Shown piece by piece: positions 1 through 8,270 of a stretch of 58,080 nucleotides of DNA. This DNA comes from an uncultured Candidatus Saccharibacteria bacterium (GTDB lineage Bacteria > Patescibacteriota > Saccharimonadia > Saccharimonadales > CAYLGV01): NCBI GenBank assembly GCA_964394925.1, contig CAYMZG010000001.1, forward strand, positions 261,656 through 319,735, read 5' to 3'. How positions within the stretch are numbered: position 1 is the stretch's first letter; every line of letters begins with the position of its first letter. The notes below the pieces were generated by a model. The model searched no databases and was not told the origin of the DNA. It worked only from the letters and a program-made list of their open reading frames with translations. A program made the translations under genes and the position numbers.

Positions 1-1711
1 CCACATCAATTTTCAGGCCAGCCTTGGGTAAAGTGGGGTACTTGACTCTTAAAAGAGCCGCCGCCACAGCATTAACATGACCTCGGCTCAAATCGTCATA
101 CCAATCATGCGCATCGTCGTTTAACTGACGTGCTATAAGGTAGTGTTTCATGAACTTACGGAAAGCAATCATTAACGAATCATTCGCCGAGAGCCCACCA
201 GCATACAATGCTCCCAAGCCCGAAATGGCATGTCCTAGGGAACGATCGGCCAGTTGCCAATAATCGGTGTAGTCTGGTATCTGCTTGATGTGCAGAATGC
301 CTTCGCTTAACCGTCCACGACAGTTTGCCAGTTCCCAGGCATTGGCCGCATCTAAGCGTTCCATAATCTCCGAGGCCTCATCATGAAATGATCGAACGCT
401 CGGCAAGACCCGCACGAGCCGTTCGCTCAAGAAACGAAGACAAACATTGGCTGCCGGTAATAGTCGCGGGTCGCCTTCCCCATCTAAAAAATCGTCATAT
501 GTCGTGTAAGCCATCCAGCCCCAGACGTTAATGCATGATAACTGTTGTAATACTTCGGGCGACACCTTAGCTTGGAATGACTTTGCAACCAACATTGGCA
601 GCATAACTATTTGGGAATCGGTATCCTGCTTATTTATCTGCCCATAAATCGCTTGTAAGCCATCCTTAAGTTCGACTTGCCTTATTAAGGCGATGCGCTC
701 AAGAATGGCAGCCTGCACCTCTTGCTCGAATTGTTGTTTAGGACGCTTGGTTGTTCTTGCAGGTGTATTCTTTTGGAGCTTACTTTCATACAGCGCAAGT
801 GCCTCCATGCACAATGATGTTGATAACGCTCGTGATGCACCGTAGCGAGTTCTGCCATCGACCGACGGATCAGCGCAAAATGCCTCCGCTTCCCAGCCAC
901 CATCTGTTTGCTGTAAATTGATGAGGTACTCGACCGCTGGCTGCAATTGCCGATGATCGTAGCCCAGCCTCAGCAAGCTTGTTATAGCCAGGGCTGTGCG
1001 TTGAGGATGACGCCAAGCTGCGCCATGTTTGCGGGTTATCAGCTTTTCGATTAGATTCTGCTGATGATCACCCGTATACCAACCTGCAACGAAATTAATA
1101 ATTGGGTAGATGTTGGCATAATATGGTGAGCTCAGCTTATTAGCGGCAACTGCTTGTTCAATCAGGTCAGTGATTGATGACAGTTCCACCCCTTGCCGAG
1201 AGAGAAACCGGGCGATATTTGCGTTAACCACCAAATCGACGTCATTCCACGCAGGTTTTGATGATGTGGTAAGCCATGTTTTATACGGACCACCCTCGTG
1301 CTGCTCAGTACGTATGAGCAACATTGCAATACGTGCGAGTGTGCTCGGAGTGAATAGCTCAGGTTTTTCAGTATATAGGGCAGCAAGTGCACAAAATGTA
1401 TCATCCAAATCATCCGGATATGGCTTTGTTTGGTGCTCATTCGATGTCCTATCCCAGTAATTAAATGACCATTCTTCACCTTTTTGATCAATCAAGAAAT
1501 TGGTGATGCGCGCCTTTATATTCATCACCTCATCAGCCTGTACATGCTGCAATGCCAGCAACACCAAGCTTGGGAAAAACGTTGTTTGATATATTCGATC
1601 ACCTTCTTTTGCAAACTTTGTCAGTAGTGATACCGACTCAAAGCCCCCACTTTCGAGCTGTGTTTGTGCCAAGTACTGAGCAGCTTTCTTTAGGACTCGT
1701 GACGGTATCAT
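1..1711 (-). CDS. partial two-domain protein (C-terminus beyond window edge): N-terminal prenyltransferase/terpene-cyclase-like alpha-alpha toroid repeats fused to an isoprenoid-synthase-like domain with Asp-rich motifs
   Basis: Absent from the supplied ORF track because it runs off the window. Manual minus-strand translation from ATG at 1711 stays open for about 570 codons to position 1. Four spaced Q/E-x3-GG-aromatic type repeats (AQTQLESGGF, IDQKGEEWSF, RTEQHEGGPY, NLQQTDGGW), then YDDFLD and NDDAHDWYDD. The ATG overlaps the kinase stop (ATGA, 1708-1711). Confidence 0.6.
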   Translation of the reverse strand, partial: MIPSRVLKKAAQYLAQTQLESGGFESVSLLTKFAKEGDRIYQTTFFPSLVLLALQHVQADEVMNIKARITNFLIDQKGEEWSFNYWDRTSNEHQTKPYPDDLDDTFCALAALYTEKPELFTPSTLARIAMLLIRTEQHEGGPYKTWLTTSSKPAWNDVDLVVNANIARFLSRQGVELSSITDLIEQAVAANKLSSPYYANIYPIINFVAGWYTGDHQQNLIEKLITRKHGAAWRHPQRTALAITSLLRLGYDHRQLQPAVEYLINLQQTDGGWEAEAFCADPSVDGRTRYGASRALSTSLCMEALALYESKLQKNTPARTTKRPKQQFEQEVQAAILERIALIRQVELKDGLQAIYGQINKQDTDSQIVMLPMLVAKSFQAKVSPEVLQQLSCINVWGWMAYTTYDDFLDGEGDPRLLPAANVCLRFLSERLVRVLPSVRSFHDEASEIMERLDAANAWELANCRGRLSEGILHIKQIPDYTDYWQLADRSLGHAISGLGALYAGGLSANDSLMIAFRKFMKHYLIARQLNDDAHDWYDDLSRGHVNAVAAALLRVKYPTLPKAGLKIDV

Positions 1712-3084
1712 GACAATGGAATCCTTATGTTAAAACAGGTGCCCTTTCGCTTTGTGCTGCTCACCGTTATGGTGCCGCCAAACTCCTCTTCAATCGTGCG
1801 TTTAGTAATTGTGAGGCCGAGTCCGATCCCCCTGATTGACTGTTTTGTTGTGTAAAACGGATCGAAGATATGCACAATTTCAGCCTTTGGGATGCCGATA
1901 CCATGGTCAATGACGGTGATCTCAACTAAGTCACCAAGTCGCTCTACATTGATGAGAATTGGTTGGTTTGAGGCCACCAACAATGTCTCGTAGGAGTCGA
2001 TGGCATTTGCAAGCAAGTTTGCAATCACTTGATCGAATTTGACACCATCTCCATGTATCACTAGCGTCTTGTCCGCCTTCACCGATATAGTCACGTGCAT
2101 CGCATTAGCCTTGGGGTGCATCACGCCAACCACACGCTTGATCTCTTGGGCGACATTAAAATCACCCACTTCACTTTCTCGGCGCAGTTGGCGACGAGCA
2201 TTTTGCACATATTGATCCATGAAGCTGATACTCTCATGTAACTGATCATAGAGTGCCGAGGAGTGTTTATCTTTTATCAATTCAAGATTTAAAACAGCTG
2301 AGGTAAGGGGGTTGGCCAATTCGTGAAGCAATGTTGAGCTAATTCTACCGAACTCGGCAAAACGATTTAACTCCTCAAGCTTTTCAATTTGCGCTTGTTC
2401 TAGCTCTCTGGTGCGTTCACGTACTCGAACCTCGAGGCGATTACGCTCAACACGCAGGGCATGCTCGGAGCGACGGGCTCGTGCCAGCGACTGCTGAATT
2501 TGCTTACTTGATAATCGTGAAACCAGTACCACGATCGAAAAAGTAAAACCATATACGATCACATCGTTATAGCCACCAGTTGTATGCATCCATGCGGTAT
2601 CGAATTGGATATGCCCTACGGCACTCAGGTGTTCTATCACCAACAGACTTATTGTGGCAGCAGCAGCCATATAAAGCGCGCCCCGAGACTCCAGCAGTAC
2701 GCCCGCAACCACAATTATTAAACAGTAAGTCAGAACGCCTTGCGGCAATAATATGCCCCACCGGAAAATTGGATAGGTGCTAATACAAAAGAAGAAGATC
2801 AGATAAATAATGGCTGCTAAACGGTAATAGCCACGCTTTGAAGCAGCCAGTAGTGATATGAAAAAACAAACTATAAGTATCATCGCCCATAGGGGGATGG
2901 TTGCGTATCTCGTATTTGTTGTGAAGTTACTAATAATTTCCGACAATAACGCCAAGCCAGCCAGAATGATTGTGCCGGAGACAAGCACGTTGAAAATATA
3001 GGCGCGGCGGCGGTCGTCTTCACTACGGGCATTTGGTTCAATTAAGAGATTGCGGAATTTGGTGAGTAATTTTGGTAGTCTCAT
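1708..3084 (-). CDS. membrane sensor histidine kinase
   Basis: 458-aa ORF. About 6 hydrophobic helices in the first 200 aa, a coiled-coil linker, H-box LHELANPL, and C-terminal ATP-binding boxes (DHGIGIP, GIGLGL). Confidence 0.9.
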   Translation of the reverse strand: MRLPKLLTKFRNLLIEPNARSEDDRRRAYIFNVLVSGTIILAGLALLSEIISNFTTNTRYATIPLWAMILIVCFFISLLAASKRGYYRLAAIIYLIFFFCISTYPIFRWGILLPQGVLTYCLIIVVAGVLLESRGALYMAAAATISLLVIEHLSAVGHIQFDTAWMHTTGGYNDVIVYGFTFSIVVLVSRLSSKQIQQSLARARRSEHALRVERNRLEVRVRERTRELEQAQIEKLEELNRFAEFGRISSTLLHELANPLTSAVLNLELIKDKHSSALYDQLHESISFMDQYVQNARRQLRRESEVGDFNVAQEIKRVVGVMHPKANAMHVTISVKADKTLVIHGDGVKFDQVIANLLANAIDSYETLLVASNQPILINVERLGDLVEITVIDHGIGIPKAEIVHIFDPFYTTKQSIRGIGLGLTITKRTIEEEFGGTITVSSTKRKGTCFNIRIPLS

Positions 3085-3098
3085 GATGTTTTTCTTGG

Positions 3099-3120
3099 CC
3101 CGGGAGATCGCACTCCCGGG
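3099..3120 (-). promoter_or_regulatory. perfect 8-bp GC-rich hairpin between the small ORF and the kinase start
   Basis: CCCGGGAG-ATCGCA-CTCCCGGG (3099-3106 pairs with 3113-3120). It lies 12 nt after the small-ORF stop and 14 nt before the kinase ATG. No U-tract follows on the minus strand. Confidence 0.5.
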
Positions 3121-3132
3121 TAATTTAGGTTG

Positions 3133-3249
3133 TTACGCGACGGATTGCCAAGGTGCAAATTCGTCTACGGCAGCGGCAGCAATTTGCGTTGCAGCAGCTG
3201 GCTTACGTGCCGCTTTACTCAGCAAAACGCTTTTCAGCAATTCACTCAT
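3133..3249 (-). CDS. 38-aa small protein (MSELLKSVLLSKAARKPAAATQIAAAAVDEFAPWQSVA)
   Basis: Below the ORF-track size cutoff. ATG at 3249 is preceded by AGGAGGG with a 6-nt spacer. It fills the 192-nt gap between the regulator and kinase genes. Confidence 0.45.
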   Translation of the reverse strand: MSELLKSVLLSKAARKPAAATQIAAAAVDEFAPWQSVA

Positions 3250-3276
3250 AGAGTACCCTCCTTTCGTTTGTATTTG

Positions 3277-3954
3277 CTACGTACCTTCATACACATCCAG
3301 CTTGTAGCCCACGCCATGTACCGTTCGGATCACCTTGGTGCCGAAGGGTCGATCAATTTTATCCCGCAAGTGCTTAATGTGAACATCAACCACATTTGCC
3401 CATAAGTCTTCATTCATACCCCAGACGTGCTCAAGAATCATCGCCCGTGTGAGCGTCTGACCGGCATGTCGCATCATGTATTCAAACAGATCGAACTCCT
3501 TACGGCGCAAATCGATAATGACATCTTTGCGTCGAAGCGTCCGGGCGGCGGGGTCAAGGGATAAATCTCCCACTATTAACTCAGTAGCACCACTTCTATC
3601 AGATCGTCGCATTACTGCCCGCAGGCGTGCCGTCACTTCTTGCAAACTAAAGGGCTTAGTCATATAGTCATCGGCACCCATATCGAGTAAAGAAACTTTA
3701 TCGTCTAACAGGTCACGGCCGCTCAAGACAATAATTGGCATTGTTCGTTCGCGCCGACGCAGCTCACGACACACATCCTCGCCACTGATATCCGGTAGGT
3801 TCAGGTCAAGTAAGATCGCATCATAATCGATATGCTCAGCCTTGCGAACACCTTCGGTACCCGTATGCACAACATCAACGGCATACAACACCTTAAGGCC
3901 ACGTTGCAGGCTTTTGGCTACATGCTTGTTATCCTCGATGATGAGAATTCTCAT
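3277..3954 (-). CDS. OmpR/PhoB-family response regulator
   Basis: 225 aa. Receiver domain (MRILIIEDN, DLNLPD, MTKPF) plus a winged-helix C-terminus (IRTVHGVGYKL). Confidence 0.92.
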   Translation of the reverse strand: MRILIIEDNKHVAKSLQRGLKVLYAVDVVHTGTEGVRKAEHIDYDAILLDLNLPDISGEDVCRELRRRERTMPIIVLSGRDLLDDKVSLLDMGADDYMTKPFSLQEVTARLRAVMRRSDRSGATELIVGDLSLDPAARTLRRKDVIIDLRRKEFDLFEYMMRHAGQTLTRAMILEHVWGMNEDLWANVVDVHIKHLRDKIDRPFGTKVIRTVHGVGYKLDVYEGT

Positions 3955-3977
3955 GCCCCATACTATGGCAGTCAGTT

Positions 3978-3998
3978 ATTAAATTTTCATTAAATTTC
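3978..3998. promoter_or_regulatory. tandem direct repeat ATTAAATTT x2 at 11-bp periodicity; candidate response-regulator binding site
   Basis: Identical 9-mers at 3978-3986 and 3989-3997 in the divergent regulator/ATPase promoter region, just upstream of a CATAGT -10-like hexamer of the regulator gene. Confidence 0.35.
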
Positions 3999-4139
3999 AG
4001 AGCATTTTTGTCTAATATTCAGAATCTGCCTGTGATCTGTGTATAAGTATGTATTCGAAACGCAAAAATTACATCGAGGATGACATGGTGCACCCCCGTC
4101 GGGGCTGGTATACTATATGGGAAGAAATTGGGAGATAAT

Positions 4140-5984
4140 ATGCTGAAGAAAATCAGGCAATTTTTTAGAGATTATATTCAATTTGGGCTGGTACTTATAT
4201 CTGTTGCGGTGGCGCTTGGCCTGCAATTATCTGGTTATAAGACGGCAGCCAGTTGGGTGCTTGGGGTTAGTGCTATACTGAATGTTTTTCCACTGGTATG
4301 GGGCATGTACGAAGACTTTCGAAGCGGTAGTTGGGGCCTCGACGTTTTGGCCATTACTGCCATCGTAACCTCTGTGGCCCTGAAAGAATACTGGGCAGGT
4401 ATGATTGTGGTGCTCATGCTAACTGGTGGTGAAGCGCTCGAAGACTATGCAGAGCGTCGCGCTAAAAAGGAGCTCACGAGTTTACTTACCCGCAAGCCGA
4501 CCAAAGCTCATGTTATTCGGAAGGGTAAAACCATTGATGTTAAAGCATCAGAAATTAAGATTGGTGATGTCATTTCGGTACTCCCCGGTGAGGTTGTGCC
4601 AGTTGATGCCGTCATACAAGATGGCCAATCATCGTTTGATGAATCAAACTTAACTGGCGAAAGTTTGCCAGTACTAAAGAAAGCCGGTGACGTCCTATTG
4701 AGTGGATCAGTTAACAGCGAGGGTGCTATCACCGCTACAGCAAGTGCCACTGCTGAGAATAGCCAATACGAACAGATTATTAAACTTGTTAAATCGGCCG
4801 CTAGCTCACAGGCACCATTCGTACGCCTTGCTGACCGCTACGCCGTACCCTTCACTGTCTTTGCCTATCTATTGGCCGGCGGAGCCTGGTTTATGAGTGG
4901 CGATCCGATGCGATTCTTGCAAGTAATTATTGTGGCCACACCATGTCCGCTCCTCTTGGCTGCACCGATTGCCCTTATCTCGGGTATGAGTCGCTCGGCG
5001 CGGTACGGCATCATCGTAAAAACCGGCTCGTCATTGGAGCGACTTGCTGAAGTCAAAACAGTGGCGTTCGACAAAACTGGAACCTTAACCAAAGGTAAGC
5101 CTGTGGTTGATCAAGTAGTTACGTTTAACAACCAAAGTCAGCAAGAAGTCTTAACCCTCGCTGCGGCTATTGAGCAAAGCTCAAATCATATACTCGCAAA
5201 AGCTATTGTAACGGCGGCCGGGAGCAAGAATGCCAAGGTAACTGGAGCTAAACAGGTTAAGGAATCGGCTGGTCATGGTCTCGAAGGTCGAGTACAAGGC
5301 AAAACCGTACTCGTGGGACGTTTGTCATTTATCGAGGAATCGGGTGTTGAAATTCCAGCGAAAGCTACGAGCAAGAAAGTTGATCAGACAGCTACCTACG
5401 TTGCCGTCAATAATCAACTGGCAGGTATGATTACCTTCAAAGATGAAATACGCAGTGAATCGAAAGGCATGCTTAGGCGACTTAAGGAGCTTGGCATCAA
5501 ACACACCTTGATGGTAACTGGCGATAACCAGCACACCGCTAACCAAATAGCTAAGAAGCTTGGCATTGAGCAGATTGAAGCCGAGTGCTTGCCTGGTGAC
5601 AAAATTCGTGCCGTTGAAGCAGTTAAAGATCGACCCGTTGCCTTCGTGGGCGACGGCGTAAATGACGCGCCAGTTCTAACCGCTTCAGAAGTTGGCATTG
5701 CCCTTGGTGCCCGTGGCTCAACGGCAGCCAGCGAATCTGCCGACGTGGTAATCATGCTCGATGACGTCAGTCGGGTTGCTACTAGTATTGAGGTCGCCAA
5801 GCGTACCTTTTTCATTGCCAAACAGAGTATCTTGATTGGAATCTCGATTAGTCTTGGCCTCATGGTTGTATTCTCGACAGGCAAGTTTAAGCCGGTGACC
5901 GGCGCATTCCTGCAAGAAGTAGTTGATGTAATCGTAATTCTCAATGCCCTACGCGCTCATAGCGGTAAGCTTAAAGAGTTATAG
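4140..5984 (+). CDS. P1B-type heavy-metal translocating P-type ATPase
   Basis: FDKTGTLT phosphorylation motif, LTGESLPV, GDGVNDAP, and a membrane motif ATPCPLL. Start moved to the internal ATG at 4140 (MLKKIRQ), which is preceded by GGGAG. No N-terminal CxxC metal-binding domain. Confidence 0.9.
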   Translation: MLKKIRQFFRDYIQFGLVLISVAVALGLQLSGYKTAASWVLGVSAILNVFPLVWGMYEDFRSGSWGLDVLAITAIVTSVALKEYWAGMIVVLMLTGGEALEDYAERRAKKELTSLLTRKPTKAHVIRKGKTIDVKASEIKIGDVISVLPGEVVPVDAVIQDGQSSFDESNLTGESLPVLKKAGDVLLSGSVNSEGAITATASATAENSQYEQIIKLVKSAASSQAPFVRLADRYAVPFTVFAYLLAGGAWFMSGDPMRFLQVIIVATPCPLLLAAPIALISGMSRSARYGIIVKTGSSLERLAEVKTVAFDKTGTLTKGKPVVDQVVTFNNQSQQEVLTLAAAIEQSSNHILAKAIVTAAGSKNAKVTGAKQVKESAGHGLEGRVQGKTVLVGRLSFIEESGVEIPAKATSKKVDQTATYVAVNNQLAGMITFKDEIRSESKGMLRRLKELGIKHTLMVTGDNQHTANQIAKKLGIEQIEAECLPGDKIRAVEAVKDRPVAFVGDGVNDAPVLTASEVGIALGARGSTAASESADVVIMLDDVSRVATSIEVAKRTFFIAKQSILIGISISLGLMVVFSTGKFKPVTGAFLQEVVDVIVILNALRAHSGKLKEL

Positions 5985-5987
5985 CAG

Positions 5988-6617
5988 CTACCTACTCAAC
6001 ACCAGCACAACTAGAACAGGGATGACGAAGTTATCAGCACCGTAAATGCTAATGTTCTCACCGAGGGTTGCAAGTGGTGGTAGGAGCAATAGAACCAGCC
6101 ACCCAGCTTGGCCAAACGAAGTAACTTGCAGTAACAATGCCGTTATGGTGAATGAAATGATATAAAACGCCAGAGAGCCAACCAGTGATTTCTTTTGCCC
6201 AAACACCTTGTAAGACGTTTTTTTGCCCCACCGTTTGCCCGCCAAGGCAGCACCGGCATCAGCCAAGCCCAGATGCAGCATAGCAGCCAAGAATACCCAT
6301 TCATTCGGTTGCATAAGAGCAATTGTTACCACGCCAGCAACGGTAAAGATATCGCCCCAGGAGATGCGTCCTACTTCGTGTAGCCACGAGAATAATTTCA
6401 ACCGCCGAACGATAATCATGTCTACGAGTAGCAATATTTCAAACAAGATTATGAGGTGAAAACTCACAAAGAATGGCGCAGCGCCAATGATCAGCGCATG
6501 TACTGCATGAAAGGTTTTGCGGGAGTATTCATTGCTCATATGCAACCGCACACGCACAAATTCACTGATAGCTAAGCACAGCAAACCAGCCAGAATAATA
6601 AGAAAAAAGTTTAGCAT
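5988..6617 (-). CDS. CTP-transferase-fold membrane protein (CdsA / dolichol kinase / phytol kinase family)
   Basis: 209-aa polytopic protein. Motif LADAGAALAGKRWGKK...GQKKSLVGS resembles the cytidylyltransferase family signature. Confidence 0.5.
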   Translation of the reverse strand: MLNFFLIILAGLLCLAISEFVRVRLHMSNEYSRKTFHAVHALIIGAAPFFVSFHLIILFEILLLVDMIIVRRLKLFSWLHEVGRISWGDIFTVAGVVTIALMQPNEWVFLAAMLHLGLADAGAALAGKRWGKKTSYKVFGQKKSLVGSLAFYIISFTITALLLQVTSFGQAGWLVLLLLPPLATLGENISIYGADNFVIPVLVVLVLSR

Positions 6618-6635
6618 GTACCCATTATAACGGAA

Positions 6636-6712
6636 TGGTCGGGGTGATCCGATTTGAACGGACGACCTCAGCGTCCCGAACGCTGCGCGCTAGCCAACTG
6701 CGCCACACCCCG
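6636..6712 (-). tRNA. tRNA-Pro (anticodon CGG), CCA encoded
   Basis: The reverse complement folds as a cloverleaf: acceptor CGGGGTG/CACCCCG, anticodon stem CAGCG/CGCTG with loop TTCGGGA, T-loop TTCAAAT, 3' ACCA. Confidence 0.9.
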
Positions 6713-6771
6713 ATGAGACAACAAAAATAAACAAAGTTCGGCACTTTTATAGCAAAACCGTAGTGTGGGGC

Positions 6772-6909
6772 TTATTTGTGGTTTGTCTTTTTTGAGCTGT
6801 CAGTGGTAACGTTTTGTGATGCCAATTTCCGGAATGGGGTGGTTAAGGCGACGAGTATGGAAAGGATGATGACGATGCTTAGTAAGGCAGTTAGACCTAG
6901 ATTTAGCAT
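6772..6909 (-). CDS. 45-aa single-TM small protein (MLNLGLTALLSIVIILSILVALTTPF...)
   Basis: Below the track cutoff. GGAG lies 5 nt upstream of the ATG. One hydrophobic helix followed by a K-rich tail. Confidence 0.3.
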   Translation of the reverse strand: MLNLGLTALLSIVIILSILVALTTPFRKLASQNVTTDSSKKTNHK

Positions 6910-6968
6910 ATGGTCTCCGATTAAATTGTGCTTACTATTTTACACCCGCTGGTCAACTATTGCCAATG

Positions 6969-7502
6969 CTAAGAGACGCCTGGAAGTTGTTGTTGCGAGC
7001 TCCTTATCTCTACGGCACACTCCCCAACAGTTCCAGGCACTTGGTCAATACTCACGCCTGCTGAAAGACCACAGTCAACTCTTGGGCAATAGTTCCCTGC
7101 TGCCATGCTTGAGGAACGCCCCTCGCAAGTATCCATTATTGCGCGGTACAGTTCCTTGCCAGCCTCGACAGTACTTGTTTCACCAACTGCCTCAAAGGCC
7201 TCTTTCAAGCAATATGAAGCTGCTCTGCACTCACCGATTCTCTCTCGTTTTCCGCTTGCAGTATCCTCACGAACGACGACGTCGCAGCCGCCTATTGTGC
7301 ACTCGAGTGCCTGTTGCGTCTGGCGGTCGTAACGCCACTCGGCACCAAGCGATTCAAGCAAGCTATCACGTTTTGCCCTCAACTCATCATCATCTGTTTC
7401 AAAACCTAACACGCCAAGCAAACAGAAGCGGTTGTTTTCATCACGAGCTGGATGCTCACGATACGTGTATCTACGTATATTCTTGTTTTCTACCTCAGAC
7501 AT
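6969..7502 (-). CDS. Cys-rich hypothetical protein (177 aa, 10 Cys)
   Basis: Start taken at MSEVENKN (7502), preceded by GAGG. The overlapping plus-strand 242-aa ORF is R/L/S-rich and looks like a shadow ORF. Confidence 0.55.
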   Translation of the reverse strand: MSEVENKNIRRYTYREHPARDENNRFCLLGVLGFETDDDELRAKRDSLLESLGAEWRYDRQTQQALECTIGGCDVVVREDTASGKRERIGECRAASYCLKEAFEAVGETSTVEAGKELYRAIMDTCEGRSSSMAAGNYCPRVDCGLSAGVSIDQVPGTVGECAVEIRSSQQQLPGVS

Positions 7503-7625
7503 AGTAAAAACCTCAATTAGTACTACTATAATCTCATGATGTTGCCAGATAAACATGAGCGCGTATAAACAGCTACCCCATCGCCAGCCTTTGTACTTCT
7601 ATAAGTTCCAGGCAGGCTCTATTCA

Positions 7626-7666
7626 CCAACTAAAAAGCCCAAGCTCTGCTTGGACATTTTAGTTGG
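7626..7666 (-). terminator. intrinsic terminator after the 7812-9112 gene pair
   Basis: Nested hairpin: CCAACTAAAA...TTTTAGTTGG enclosing CCAAGC-loop-GCTTGG. On the minus strand the inner stem is followed by GCTTTTTAG. Confidence 0.55.
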
Positions 7667-7811
7667 TCGGGTCGAACATACCCTACACGAACTGTTAATT
7701 CATCTGTTGGAATACTCAGAAGAAGCAAAAAGCATATTAAACGACCTTAGGAATGCCTGTAATCCAAAAGGTAGAGCTGTCCAAATAGAAAACTTAGTGT
7801 ACTAGTAGGCA

Positions 7812-8270
7812 TTAACCGCCTAAGAATAGCCAGCCCTTATAAAGTTTTTTCTTCTTTTTCTTGCCTGTCTTAGGGTCAATTTCATATTCATCATCATCTT
7901 TATGATTGTGTGTCTTATCTGACCCATGACCGTGTCCATCATCGGCTTTGTGACTGTCCATGAAGCCAGAGAGCGTATCATTACCTTGCATGGACTGATT
8001 GAATGCGTGGTCGTGACTACACATCATTTCCATCTGTGCTGCCATCTGCCTAAAGTCGACAAAATCACGGTATACTTCGCTTGTACCCTCGCTGACAATA
8101 ACTTCCATACGACGTACTTTTTCTTCTAGAGCCAACTCGGTATCACTAGCTACTCCTTGGATAGCTTCTTGAAAGGCAGCATTTATATCAAAGTCCTCGC
8201 TCATGCCAAATGCCTCCAAACCAAAGTCTGGCATTTCTTCAAATCGTGGGGCTTGCTCTAGTGTGTTCAC
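7812..8270 (-). CDS. acidic His-rich hypothetical protein with C-terminal poly-Lys
   Basis: 152 aa. HKADDGHGHGSDKTHNHKDDD followed by KKKKKK. The GTG start overlaps the upstream stop (GTGA). Confidence 0.6.
   Translation of the reverse strand: MNTLEQAPRFEEMPDFGLEAFGMSEDFDINAAFQEAIQGVASDTELALEEKVRRMEVIVSEGTSEVYRDFVDFRQMAAQMEMMCSHDHAFNQSMQGNDTLSGFMDSHKADDGHGHGSDKTHNHKDDDEYEIDPKTGKKKKKKLYKGWLFLGG

Noticed and set aside
1-1711. Possibility that the lack of a long ORF in the track here meant a pseudogene or an alternative genetic code.
   Set aside because: Manual translation of the minus strand in the frame starting at 1711 is open all the way to position 1. The ORF is missing from the track only because it has no in-window end. 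All other genes translate under the standard code.
5414-5944. 176-aa minus-strand ORF inside the P-type ATPase gene. Similar antisense ORFs lie at 16991-17443, 33793-34314, 43748-44263, 45050-45403, 49795-50301, 53635-54054 and 54772-55116.
   Set aside because: All lie opposite strongly supported conserved genes (ATPase, LTD protein, comEC, dnaJ, dnaK, lepA, ftsH). All have biased S/R/L/A composition and no recognisable motifs.
6776-7504. 242-aa plus-strand ORF.
   Set aside because: It is R/L/S/P-rich and overlaps the better-supported minus-strand Cys-rich gene, which has a promoter-like TATAGT and a GAGG RBS. Treated as a shadow ORF.
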